Shown piece after piece: positions 13,320 to 27,099 of a stretch of 64,000 nucleotides of DNA. The DNA lies in NCBI RefSeq assembly GCF_006345805.1, contig NC_042998.1, forward strand, positions 200,012,001 through 200,076,000. Direction: 5' to 3'. The notes beneath the pieces are model-generated. The model made no database searches. It was not told the origin of the DNA and saw only the letters and a list, made by a program, of their open reading frames with translations. Source of the DNA: Octopus sinensis (Eukaryota). Every line of letters begins with the position of its first letter. Position 1 is the first letter of the stretch. The position numbers and the translations under genes are program-made.

Positions 13320-13802
13320 ATATATATATACATACACAATATAGACTTTTTTTATTCCAAAGAAAAACAATTTCAAGTGGCTTTATCTATCGCTTTCTCA
13401 CCTGCAATCGATTTTTGTAATTTTTTTTGAAGACTTATACATGCCATGAAACCGTCGGTATCTACATATCAAATTTGAGCGCAATCGGATGGAGGATGCC
13501 CGAGATCTTAGAAGCCACACACACACGCAGACAGAACAGATTTTATATAAGAAATATATATAATTCACGCTGCTCTCTAATGCCATAGAACTCAGATAAA
13601 AAATCTGCATAACGTATAATTAAATGTCTTGAAAATATAACTAGACTCCTTCTCTATACAATGCCGGAAGCAACAGCCCGACATGAGGTATAGATGAGGG
13701 CACTGGAATCAAATTCCCTTATATGCGAAATAGGCCAACAACTTGGATAAATGCATATACATGAATGATGATAACACACCAGCCTGAGGGAATCAGAAAG
13801 AC

Positions 13803-13803
<1 letters not shown>

Positions 13804-13854
<51 letters not shown>

Positions 13855-13863
13855 ATATCTATG

Positions 13864-13900
<37 letters not shown>

Positions 13901-13909
13901 GTCTATCTG

Positions 13910-13947
<38 letters not shown>

Positions 13948-13982
13948 CATCTATCTATCTATCTATCTATCTGTCTATCTAT
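13804..13982. repeat. (ATCT)n microsatellite
   Basis: Directly visible. Resumes at 14281-14328. Confidence 0.95.
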
Positions 13983-14281
13983 GTGACTTCATTGACTGAG
14001 GTTACCGTGGTCTTTTTCGTAGGCTTTTCTTTCCACGGGTAAACCTCACCTGTCCTCCCCTTTACACTTCATATTGACATTTCTGTGATTCCTTTCCCTT
14101 TTTTTTTCGCCCCCCCCTTTTTTTTACAAAATTTTATTCCCCGCTTTTTTGTCCTCTTTCTTTTCCTTTACGATCCCTTTTGATCGAAAACCAAACCCCC
14201 TTTTTTTTACCCCCAAAAGAAAAGCTCTACCTTGTAATTTGTCCTGTATGTGTGCAGCCCTGTGTGGCTAATAAAGAAACA

Positions 14282-14282
<1 letters not shown>
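13983..14282 (+). mobile_element. Probable LINE 3' UTR fragment inserted in (ATCT)n
   Basis: Pyrimidine-rich 300 bp ending AATAAAGAAA, flanked on both sides by (ATCT)n. No ORF, so the clade is not assignable. Confidence 0.55.
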
Positions 14283-14328
<46 letters not shown>

Positions 14329-14330
14329 AT

Positions 14331-14375
<45 letters not shown>

Positions 14376-14683
14376 TCTCTCTCGCTCTCTCCTTCTCTCA
14401 ATATTTACAGCAGAACACATACAGGCGAAAGAAAATCAGACGTGAGAGATAGTTAAATATTTGTCATTTAAAAGATAACATTGACTTCTTCTATGTTGAG
14501 ATCTAAGACTGCACGGAGATGATTCATTTATAGATGATAGCTGATTGGAAATGGGGCATGTCAATTGAAACGTAGTTTAAAGTAAAATACAGCAAAGATC
14601 AATGCCGTACAGCAAATGTTGTCGCTGACAAATAATAAGAGATAATGTACAATGAGTTTGTAATGTATATATATATATATAAG

Positions 14684-14721
<38 letters not shown>

Positions 14722-14728
14722 ATATATA

Positions 14729-14767
<39 letters not shown>

Positions 14768-14777
14768 TGTGTGTGGC

Positions 14778-15132
14778 AGGCGCAGGAGTGGCTGTGTGGT
14801 AGATAGCTTGCTTACCAGCCACATGGTCCGGGTTCAGTCCCACTGCGTGGCAATTTGGGCAAGTGTCTTCTACTAATAGATTTGATAGAGGGGAGCTAAA
14901 AGAAGCCCGTCGTATATATGTTTATATATATATGTGTATGTGTGTATTTGTGACCCCCCCCCCACCACCAACATAGCTTGACAACCGATTCTGGTGTGAT
15001 TACGTCCCCGTAAATTAGCGCTTCGGCAAAACAGACCGATACAGTAAGTATTAGGCTTGCTCGACTAAAGACGGTGCTCCAGCATGGCCGCAGTCAAATG
15101 ACTGAAACAGTAGAAGAGTAAAAAGGGTAAAA
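14778..15132 (+). mobile_element. SINE family A with internal deletions
   Basis: Alignment by eye to 7911-8345. Confidence 0.85.
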
Positions 15133-15657
15133 TAATATATATTCGAAAACAAAGCCTGGAAAATTTGGTATACACTACACACACATACACACTCACAGAC
15201 ACACACACGCACACACACACACACACACACACACTTATATATGCACATAGATATATACAAATACATAATATAGGCAGAGAAGTCAGAGAGATCTAAAGGA
15301 AAGACGCTAACCTCACTTAGGGTGGGTTTTTAAATTGAAATTTAAATAAATAATAAATTGTTAAATAAATGTTCAATCAATATATAATTAGTTGCAAGTT
15401 AATATTGAACTATAACACAATTCAAGCAACAACCTTATCTTCAAAGCATGAAACATCGTCGAAGCTTGCTAGAAATAAAAATTTGTAAATATTAACCTCA
15501 TGTATAATATGATAGCCGACTTTGATCTTTAATTAAGGTATAAGCTTTTGTCATTATATACACATAACTACAGCACACGTTACACACGAGTGTATGTGTA
15601 TAGAAAATATAGATACATATATTATAGAAATATGTATTTGTTTACATACATACATAT

Positions 15658-15725
<68 letters not shown>

Positions 15726-16648
15726 GCATATATGTATGTTTCTATGTATTATACGTATATGTAATGAGATTTACAAATATCTAACTATGTATGTATATGT
15801 GTGAATGTACGAGCGTGTGTTTTCTTTGTTTCATAATTTATGACTGCGTGTGAGTACTTTTATGAACGGAACGTTCGGCTCTAACACATAAGCCTGAGAA
15901 TTTTATGCCGTGTTTTTGCTCGAATAATCAATTTTATTTGAGATCAAAAAGTTTACGAGCCTGTTGGAAATTCATATTCATTTTCCAGTAATGGAGAGAT
16001 AATAGACATATCCCCTCCAAGATCTGTCCCTAAACTCCCACACTATTGCTGCTACTCATAGTGTTGAGTGATACTACTTATAAAAGGTCCACAATATATT
16101 CACTGGATATGAAGGAAATAGGAGACGTATCTCTTGAAAGCATCTGAAATAGTTTTAAAAGTTAAGAGACCTTACAGAGATTTTTTCCCGCTTTCCTTCT
16201 AATCTCTTAATTGCTTTAGATTTTGTACGGCAGCTATGCTGGGTCTACGAGTACGAGCGAATCGACATCAACACTTATTTTGTTTTAAAACCTGGGACTT
16301 CTTCCTATCCACCTTTTTGCCTAGCTCCTGTGTTACAGTGTCAACAAACTGGCTCCGGTTGTCAGGCAGTACTGGGAGACAAGTGCAAAAAACGAAAACT
16401 TACATAGACAAACACACACATACATACACACACACACACACACACGTAAATTATTAACAAGTGAAACTAATTAGTACATAGGTAATCATATTTTATTTCG
16501 TATATCTTCATTTGCCTTGCTTATTTTTACGCTTTGGTATTTTGCTGAATTTTTTCTTGAGAACACATTCTCCGTGGAAAATGGCGATTTTGACGTCTAT
16601 ATCTAGCATACAGGCTGTCCACTTTTAGTGGTCAGTCCTTAAATTCTG

Positions 16649-16683
<35 letters not shown>

Positions 16684-16721
16684 TATATATTATATATATA
16701 TATATATTATATATATATGTT

Positions 16722-16802
16722 ATGAGCTTCTTTCACTTTCTGTCTACCAAATCCACGCACGATGATTGGTCGACTCAGGGCTATAGCAGAAGACTTTTGT
16801 CC
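16722..16802 (-). mobile_element. SINE family A fragment, degenerate
   Basis: gcttctttcactttctgtctaccaaatccac..ctatagcagaagac. Confidence 0.65.
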
Positions 16803-18877
16803 ATGTTAAGACGCATATTAAATAATATACCATCAGTTTATAACAGAAATATCATTGGACTGCTCGACCAGTTTGAAAATGGACTAAAGCAATACTACCT
16901 ATATATCGTCACTAGTTTCACTTCCATGATGTCAACCCATGAGAATGAAGTGTCATCATGACTTACGTTTGTTACGGGATGTAGCTAGTAAGTTCAGAGA
17001 ATTAAAACAGTCAATGTCACGTTAGAAGAGGCAAGAAGAAGAAATAGTATCATTCATATATCTATCGTTCATTGTACTTTCTTGGTCAGAGTATATTTGC
17101 TTACCAATTGGTCTAATATTTTAATTCTGATTTCTATCTATGTTGCCTGTGAGTAGGAGAAGCATTGTTCCTGTGATGTGAGCAGTTTCTACTCGTTGAT
17201 CACCATTAAATTTCTAAATCTATTAGCAGAGTAATATCTGATATATATTGTTTTGTTCTAACATGGAATAAGTGGAGTGGTGAAACCATCTTTATCAGTT
17301 TGAGATGTACTGATCAGTATAACAACGCAATAGAGTGCTTTCAGTTTTCGAATACCATTGACTTAGGATATTTTAAATCATGATATACATGTGTAGTAAG
17401 AAAGAGGTACGATGCTATTTCCAGGCCATGTTCAATTATTTTGCAAACAAAGATCAAAGCTCTAACATACTCTTTTCCGGACTTGTGCAGATCGAATGTA
17501 AAGATTCTAGTTTATACATTCACGTCACCGTACTACTGAACACGAACTAAAACAAATGGGGACGTTTTTAAAAGTCGGAGAAAGGAAGTAATTGATATAT
17601 AAAAAGAAGAATAGAAGAGACATTATAGAAATTTGGGTGATAGCGGAGTTAATAAAAATTATGTTAGAAAGAGCCCCATTATCACTCTTTGGAACGGTAA
17701 CGAAAATATATTCGACGATTATACATAAACCTACTTTAATAACAAAGTTGCTATCTAACTTGCAGCTTTTGAAAGCAGAGATATTTGAATGATTGAATAG
17801 TATCTCAGAGAGGAAAAAATATTTGCTGTGTATTTATCTGTGATTGAGTCTTCAGGCTGGAGTGAAATCTCTGAAGTGTTTATACGAAAAAAGTAAAACC
17901 TATCGAGCAATATAAATATGTTTGTATTTTTTTTCATTTCTTTTCTATTTAAAAGTATTTCAATGTTTAAAGAGAGTACGCACATCTTATAAGTTACCGT
18001 GAAACATTATTTCGATCATTGTTATCATCTCAGGTGTAAATCAGAGGTCGTATATAGATTTGCTGACATTCTGTACGCTTTTGCGGCACCGTTTCTAAAT
18101 TTCTTGAGGAAGTAAGATACAAGATTGTGTGACTGTTAATAAGCTATCGACATTCCATGCCCTTATGAATAAACCGTTCCAATTCTAATTTAACAAAAGC
18201 ACGCACCATCATAGTTCTAATAGCATTCTCTCTCAAAAAGTGACACAGCATTAATGAAACAGCTTACGAAATTATTGTATTTTCCTTAAACCGAAAATCT
18301 GGTTCTGAGATTGGTAAAAAGGCGCTCACTGCCTTCTGTCGAGCCCCACACATTAATTTAGTACAAAGAGTGCACGAGAGTAATGCAACCGAATCAGGTT
18401 TTGCCAAAAGAGTCTTTATCGTCACATATATGTGTTTAACATGATGCTAATGAAGATATTAGTAAAATGAATGATAAATATTTCTAATATAGACACAAAG
18501 GTACGAAAGATTGGGAATAAACAATTAACAATACCGACACCAGAAGACTGGTCCTATATTTTATCAATCACGCATCAATAGAAGAATAACCGGAATATGA
18601 ATGCGTAGTAGCGGCATTAGAATTATTAGTTGTTGATGAAGAAAAGAAAGAAAAGAGAAGAAAAGGAGAGAGATGCGTGTATATGGACACGGTTTCTGTG
18701 ACTGTTTATATGTTTAAACAACTTGAGCAAAAGATGAGACACACCCACTGCTACCTATGTAAAACCGAATCTCTCTCATGAACAAATAAGGAAGCACACA
18801 CGTACGCACATAGACACTCATATGCTTACACATATACATAATACTATCGCATATGTATCTCTATAGGCATATATATG

Positions 18878-18909
<32 letters not shown>

Positions 18910-19093
18910 TGTATATATATATGTGTGTGTGTAAGTGTGTGTATGTGTGTATGCATATATATATATATATATATACATCTGTATATATGTTTATGTACAT
19001 ATGCACATATATATATGCATATACATATACATATATACATACCTATACATACATATATATACATATTTTTATATATATATATTATATATATAT

Positions 19094-19141
<48 letters not shown>

Positions 19142-19161
19142 AATATATATATATAAATATA

Positions 19162-19194
<33 letters not shown>

Positions 19195-19263
19195 CATACA
19201 CGCATTCAAACTGAATCCAGCTGCTTATTCATTGCATGCACATAAATACGCACAATCTCATAC

Positions 19264-19310
<47 letters not shown>

Positions 19311-20742
19311 CACACACACATATATATATTCATATATGTATAGACACGCATACATAAGTTTCTGTGAGTGAGCGTGCGTGCGACCGTTTGTGCAATAAAA
19401 TAACTAACTAGATTCAATGATACCCTTCACAATACTATTCTAATAAAATACTAATGTTTTGGCAGAGATATCAAGGGTGTTTTGAATAACCTCATGAAAA
19501 AATAACGATGGACAGAGAAATTCTACAATATCATAGAATACATTTCCGTTTTGGCATCAGCATCCACCAGCAATATAACCATTCTTGTATAGAAATTCCA
19601 CTTTGAAACTTTGAAACCCGTTCAAATCATTGAAATAATAATATTGTCCTTTGTTTCTTCTCTTGTTTACGAAGCAATATAATAATTATGTTAAAGGATT
19701 AAACTTGAATATAGAGGAAACAAATATATTACAATGTGTGCCAATTTGCTAATTTATATTTGTGTGAATGTGTGTGTATCTGGTGTGTATCATGTGTTTA
19801 TCTGTGGTGTATCTGTGAATGCGTAAGTGTGTGTGCATATATGTGTGTGTAAACTGAAATTATGTGTCGGCGAAGGAAATTGAGCGAGTAGCCTGGTATC
19901 ATAAGACTCCTTCATCCGTAATTGATTTTTATGATTGGCATATGTTCATATTTTTTGATGTTTTTTTGTCACTGAAAAGTACCCCTATTTTTACCTGGTA
20001 CTACATTGTTTCATCCCGAGATATACCTCACTACTACCTCCCATTAAATTGAGATATGCTAAAAACTTGTAGCCCTAAGTTTACTCTAGAAATAATAAAA
20101 TTACTGGTAGCTATGAAATGCATTTTTTTAAGACATGATTTCCTTTTATTTAAGTACTTTAAAGCGGGACTTAAAACATTCCTGAAATCGCAGCCTCTGC
20201 TTGAACAAAGGAATACTTTACATAAAAACGTACCAGGTGGCGTCAGTTTCAAGAACCTTTGATCATGCCTTTGTTCAAGCTGCCTTGTTTGACGAAATCG
20301 CTTCTACTCTACCGCAGCCTTAATGATCGCCATAGCTGATTCCGTATTATGCGAGAAAAAAATCGGCATAACAAAATGCGTTATGAAAGCATGCAAGAAA
20401 GTCTCTATGGTGCTTGTAAAGGACCTATGTCACACATGAGTAACAAAGGCAAGTCATTATACCGGAACAGTGGGAACTTTCTTAATTCTCCTGAATTCCT
20501 ATTAGAGTAAAAACAAAATCTCGTGGGAATTGAAGGAAGTCTTGACTTTCCGCGAGATATATCGATATGAAAGAAGAATGAAGTAGTGAGTGGCTTGTCC
20601 ACGTAGATAAATTTGTCTACAATTCCAAACCTCAATATAACAATACTCTTGACGAGATTAACACTAATATCAAAAACCTTGAAACATACAGAAACACGAA
20701 ACGTTTAATATTACAAATAACACCACAAAAAGAAATTGTTAA

Positions 20743-21132
20743 TCTATATATATAAAGCTGAAGTTGTCTGTGTGTGGCAGGTTTGGTAGCCTTCAACTAG
20801 CACTATCTCTTCCGAGACCCTGCGGCGCAAGTTGACAAAAATTGAGAGTATGATAGAAGAAGGCTTGCTCTTCCTTCCGTAGAAGAAAAAATTCAAATCG
20901 GACCATGTTAACACCAAAAATTATTTACATCAAAAAAGTGTTTTTGTTTCTATGAAAATCCCTACTTGCTGCGATTTTTGGACTGCTGTGTCGCCATTTT
21001 TCGGTGTATTTCAACCGCAAAATGCTCACTTAAAGAGAATAACAAGCTCCATAATGCAAAACTTTTACTTTTCAAAAATTCCAATCCTAAAGAGTCGAAA
21101 CAAACCAGAGCAACGCCGGCCGATACTGCTAG
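20743..21132 (+). mobile_element. Complete non-autonomous Helitron
   Basis: A|TCTATATATATAAAG 5' end; 3' subterminal GC-rich imperfect hairpin (ccagagcaacgccgg) then CTAG|T. Inserted between A and T. Confidence 0.85.
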
Positions 21133-22424
21133 TAATAGATTAAAAGTGCTTCACATTGGTATTAAAGTACGGCAAATTGAAGACATGACGAAAAGGTTGC
21201 TGCCGTTATCAATCAAACGGTAAATCATACACTAGATCAATATCAAAATACGTGCAAACGAGTATTTGGAGAGAACTCCATCCAGTTTGAACCATGATCT
21301 TCAGGAATAGTTCTAATATCTTTCCATTCAATCGTCCATTGAAAACGTTTCATCGTTAAACGGTTTAATTATTAGCACCGAGTGGCCTTGTCAACCTACT
21401 TTACATTCAATTTTCGAGAGAAATGAAGGTATCTGCTGACTGCAAGAGTACATGGATAATGTGCATGTTCTACTGATAGGAATATCTCCTACACTTGTAT
21501 TTTTTAAAATCATATCGATTGTTCTTCAGCCAGAAGAAAAACTCAAGTAGAAAACATACTTCAAAACGTTACCAACAACTGACATCCTATTGTACTGAAC
21601 ATAGCGCAAACATCGTACTGCTTTCAACAATTTTGCAGTTCCTTTATTTCATTCTATTCCTAACAGATTTGTGAGCATTTTACAAGAAATCATCTGTCGG
21701 CTGTGACATCTCGCACTTTATGGTGTACATATTTCCCATCAGCGAGGAAAGGAATAAATGTGTACGACGTTAAGAAAAATCCCCGTTCGCATAAAACAAT
21801 GTGTAATAGGCAGGAAAGAAACTAGAAATATACTGTTTTGCTATCGAAAAATACACGCACACACACACAAACACCATACACGCACATATACACATATAAT
21901 CATAGATGTATTTACACATAAGCATATTTACTTGTATGTACATTCAAACATAAAAATAATATAAATCCAGCTAAACGATTACCAAACTAGCAGTTACTCC
22001 GCTGTAGAAGGGACATTAGAAACTGTCACCTTAAATGAAATGCGCCCCACAAATCCTGTGGAATGATTACTGATTGATCGCTTCAGATCGTCGGACTGTT
22101 GGATCAAACCTGACTTGCCGCTACACAAGTACAGTTACAACAATATCAAGAATTGAAATTGATATACACTCACCTGATCTCTGCTTATGTATACAGGTTT
22201 GTTAAATACAATCCACGTCACCGTTTCAAAGCAACCTGGTTGAGTAAATGAACCTTCGTAGGTAATATAATGATCTGTCTGTGGTATTAATTTACCAAGG
22301 TAAAAGTTACGTAGTTTGGATTCGTGTCCTGCGGGAAAGAAGGAAAAACAAAGAGTTAATTAATTTTCATAATTATCATCATTGTCATCATTTTAACGTC
22401 TTCATCATTATTACTATAGACGCT

Positions 22425-22800
22425 AAGGCGGCGAGCTTGCAGAATCGTTAGCAAGCCGGGCGAAATGCTTAGCAGTATTTCGTCTGCCGTTACGTTCTGA
22501 GTTCAAATTCTGCCGAGGTCGACTTTGCCTTTCATCTTTTCGGGGTCGATTAAATATGTACCAGTTACGCACTGGGGTCGATATAATCGACTTAATCCGT
22601 TTGTCTGCCCTTGTTTGTCCTCTCTGTGTTTAGCCGCTTGTGGGTAGTAAAGAAATAGGTATTTCGTCTGCCGCTGTTCTAAATTCAAATTCCGCCGAGG
22701 TCAACTTTGCCTTTCATCCCTTCGGTGGCGATTAAATAAGTACCAGTTACGCACTGGGGTCGATGTAATCGACTGAATCCCCTCCCATAAGTTGCCCTTC
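22425..22800 (+). mobile_element. SINE family B plus head-to-tail partial second unit
   Basis: Full unit 22425-22658. The second unit restarts internally at gtatttcgtctgccg. Confidence 0.85.
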
Positions 22801-25284
22801 TGGCAAAATTTGACATTATTATTCACATAAACACTACTACTATCAGCATTGGTGTTCCTGCTTCAACAACATCGTCACCACCGTCAGTGTTATCGTCATC
22901 TGTATTGTCATCATTGTCACCAACACAGGCAAGCGCTTCTCAGCCATTCTCAAATGTTATTGTATCGTCAAAATAACAACGTTCGTAGAATCATCGACAA
23001 GCACGTCTTTAGAAATCTTAGTCACATCATAAACATGATTATTATGATCATGATCATCACGATTAATATGATCATGATCATCATCAACATTATCACCACC
23101 GCCATCACCACCAACAACACAACTACCACCACCATTACCACCATCATCACTACTACCACCACCATTACCACAACCGACTACGACAACAACCCCGGCGAAA
23201 CCACCAACACCACCTCGTCCAGCTATACCATTATCTTCCGATTTTTCATTTCGTGTTATGCTGATTGATATATAACTTTAAAGTCTGTGTGGTTTCCGTT
23301 TGGATTGGTATTGCAATAACATACAAGTACTCTCCTGATATTTTGCCAGTCCACTGGGTATTTTATAATGATGACATCTATCAAACTGTTGGTGAATATA
23401 TGCCAGTTATTTCATAAATCTATTGGGATATCACTCAATGTTGATATTTAATACTGTTATGTCTCAATCATATTCCACTCCATAGATAAAGCTTATACAA
23501 TAATCTGCAGATACACTTTTGTGTCTCGAATTCTATCTACAAAACGATTGGCAGAAGCATGCGGGGGTCGAACAAAATGTTTTGCTTTAATTAGTAACTC
23601 TTTTCTTTCAAATGCTAACGAAAATGATTTCCAATTTTATTATCTTAGTGCCGAAGACATTTTTACCATTCGGTTAGTGTTATCGACTAAAAGCTCCCTT
23701 GAACCTCTGGTAGTATTTCTCACCAAATCCTCTTGAAATTTTCGGCTGTTTATCACCATTACTTAACAGCAATCGACATCTACTATTCCCATGTGCCGTC
23801 TGTAATGTCACGTTTACGGACGGGCTTAAATCATCTATTTTATAACCAGATCCATAGGGTTGATATATGTGCTCAGGCACCTTTTCTTTTATTTGATATC
23901 AATCTGCAGGCATCGAATGTATTGATCACCCCAGACTGGCAAATCTTATCACGACAGTCTAAGAGCAACACATTCAAGGAAACTGTATTTATAAAAGTAG
24001 AACACTGTCTTATAAGAATTTATTTAATGTACGAAAGAATTGTTTTGGAGGAAAGAGGAAACTGGGAGGTTGTTGCTCTCATTCAACTCCTAAGGATGCA
24101 TTAGCTGCGGAAGTGAAACATAATGGCTTCGCCTGACAATTAAAACTGTTTCAGACAGCGAATTCGATAGTTTATTCTTTGCTTCTTAGCACTGGCTTTT
24201 GTATTTATTTAATTGGACTATTTCCTTGTCTCTATATAGGAAATTAGTCAAATGCAAAACGAATGCAAATATAAGATACGCATGCTCAAGATGGATCGAG
24301 ATAATATTGTATTCGAAGATTGCATGCAACGAAATTATTTCTAAAAAGGTGACGCAATACTGGGATGTTTGTCCTGGCTTTTTACTTTCCTTGTTCAAAT
24401 CCCTTTGATGGCAACTTACTCTTTCATAGTTTCGGTGTTGATAAAATAAAGTAGCAGCCTAGTGTAGTACATTGGATGACTACGTATGGTTAGAAAAAGG
24501 ATTTGTTTCAGCTTTTAAGTTTATTACTTTCCCATACGATAACCTTGTCTATTTCCAATCGCCAAAATCGTGCCTTGTAAACTCTACGAAACTAGCGGGC
24601 GACTTGCTTAGCATACTCACACAGAAATGTTTGCAAAGCACATACATCTTCATAAGGACTTCAACAAAATTTATTTAGTTATTATCAATTTAGTAGTCCC
24701 CATGTAAAGGATTTTTTATGTGGTAGCTTTATGTGCTAGAAATTAACTGATAATTTTTCAAGGGTTAACTGGAGGTACAAATGAACAACATACTTATGAC
24801 AAGATTGAAACACTGTATTTACTAACTCAGACACGCTAAAAACAAAAAAAATGAAAGCGAAACAGGAAAAAGTATATCTAGGCGAGTATTATCTATAAGC
24901 TAAATTGGTTCGAATCCCAATTTTGATTGGATTTTGACTATTGTGTGGAATAACGGTAACGAATTATCCATTATAAATGACGAATACTTGTATTAGGATT
25001 TATGTTATAACGATATATTATTATGATTTCATATGTGATTTCACATTTGTTCATTCAGATACGCGAGTGGATAGCAACTGTGTATGTTGTATTCGTTACG
25101 CCTTAGAATAGTCCTTAGAATAGTTATGGACAACTGTCATTACGTTGTTTTCCCAGGGACAATATCTTGAGAACAATATTCAGTAACATAGTCTAATTTT
25201 ACGGTGATAGTGTGCTAGTAGAGGGAGAGACACCTGCTATTTCTCGAAGATCTAACATCACCGTTCAGATTTTCTCACATACAC

Positions 25285-25467
25285 TAGTAGTAATAGTAGT
25301 AGTAGTTTTAGTAGTAGTAGTAGTAGTACTAGTAGTAGTAGTAATAGTCGTAGTAGTAGTAGTAGTAGTAATAGTCGTAGTAGTTGTAGTAGTAGTAATA
25401 ATAGTCGTAGTAGTAGTAGTAATAATAGTCGCCGTCGTCGTCGTCGTCGTAGTAGTAGTAGTAGTTT
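25285..25467. repeat. (AGT)n/(CGT)n microsatellite
   Basis: Directly visible. Confidence 0.95.
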
Positions 25468-27099
25468 ATGAAATGGTGAAGGGATGTGTGGAGATGTTAG
25501 ATCTGTGTAGAGGTAATGCCTGTAGTTGATCAAGTGTCAGTCGTAGCAAAAGCGTGTTCACAATTAAAGAATATCCAATAGACTGTACAATATTGTCCAT
25601 TTATATTAGTTAATATCTAAAATCCTAATGTGCAATGTTCCCCTTCTTCACACGAAGAAGCATCTGTGTTTTTTCTGACCGAAAAGAAATAACAGCAATT
25701 CGAATCCAGATTTGATCACACTGACAACGACATAGGGATGTGTATATTTTTCATCGTTTAGGTATGTGCCATTAAACAAAGCTTATTTTTTACTTCTACT
25801 TCTCTGTATTTCGTTCTCTATTGTCAAACTCTTATTCCGCGTGTTCATACATTTGGCCTATATCAATTTTTAAGAATAGTATTTGACTCATTATACGAAG
25901 CCGTGGTATTTTTCTGTAGGCAATGGCAGAATAGATGTTCTGAAGAAAATTAGCTGATAATACAAGACAGCAGATGAATGCTTTGCTCTTATTGCTTACA
26001 AGATGACAGGCATAAAAGTTTATATTCAATAGTATGAGCTTGTATTAATCTCGTATGGCTATGAAACCTTGTTTAGCATTAAACCGAGGAATTCATATAA
26101 ATTGTACGAAACCTTTGATGGAAATCCTATGTGCTAAAAGTAGAACTAAAATTGTTCCTAATTAAAGTTTGTGGTATCACAACATTATTATGACACTTGC
26201 GTTAAATAAGGAAAAACAAATAGTTTATAGCATATTTTCTGAGAGTGAACAAAAGATATGCTTTCGTGATATTTCATAATAAAAAACACTTCTTAATTTT
26301 AAGAACTTCCATTCTAAGATGTGAAACTGACGTATAAGGATACTTTCCGTAAGGAAACATGCCATATTCACAGTCATTTCAATCAATTACACGAGTTAAA
26401 CTATTCACATTCTGATTCTGGCTTTCAGGACTCTATTTTACTTACATTTGAACAAATATATAGCCACGAATGTGCATACATATGTATAGAATATTCGTAC
26501 TCAATTTAACAGTTTGAATACACGCTACCAAAAAATAAAATAAAATAAAAAGTCCATCCCCAACATAAACGCATTTTTAAAAATCCAAAACGTATCGACT
26601 ATATTATGCCTGGGGCATAAAAATTTACTCTAAGTAACCGCCATCAGCATCCATCACTACTTCAATACTCCATGTTTGGAATGTAGAAATCAAAACGAAT
26701 TCAAATTTTTAACTTAGGCAGGTCTTGCATATTTTTACCGTTACGCTTACAGACTGCATTTGTCGTAATTGCAATATGTTTCTTTTCTCAAAACTCCATC
26801 TATTCCCCATTTCACGTCCTCATGGATTTTCTAACAAAATCATCTGCACCAGTTATTATCGGCATAATGCTGAATTTGTAGTCTGCGAATAGAACTTGGT
26901 GGTTGCGAAGCTGTTGTTTTTAGTTACTCACTTTCTCTTAGTTACAAACTCTCTGAGTGCGTCTCTATGATGGTGCATATATTTACTTGTCTGTCCCTAA
27001 CAACGATATCCAGTCTGTTATGTATGTATGTATGATGTATGTATGTATGTATGTATGTATGTATGTATGTGTGTATGTACGTATGTATGTATATCTCTT

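Noticed and set aside
20440-20640. NSGNFL-like fragment reminiscent of a hAT/ZMYM transposase
   Set aside because: Too short and degenerate to support.
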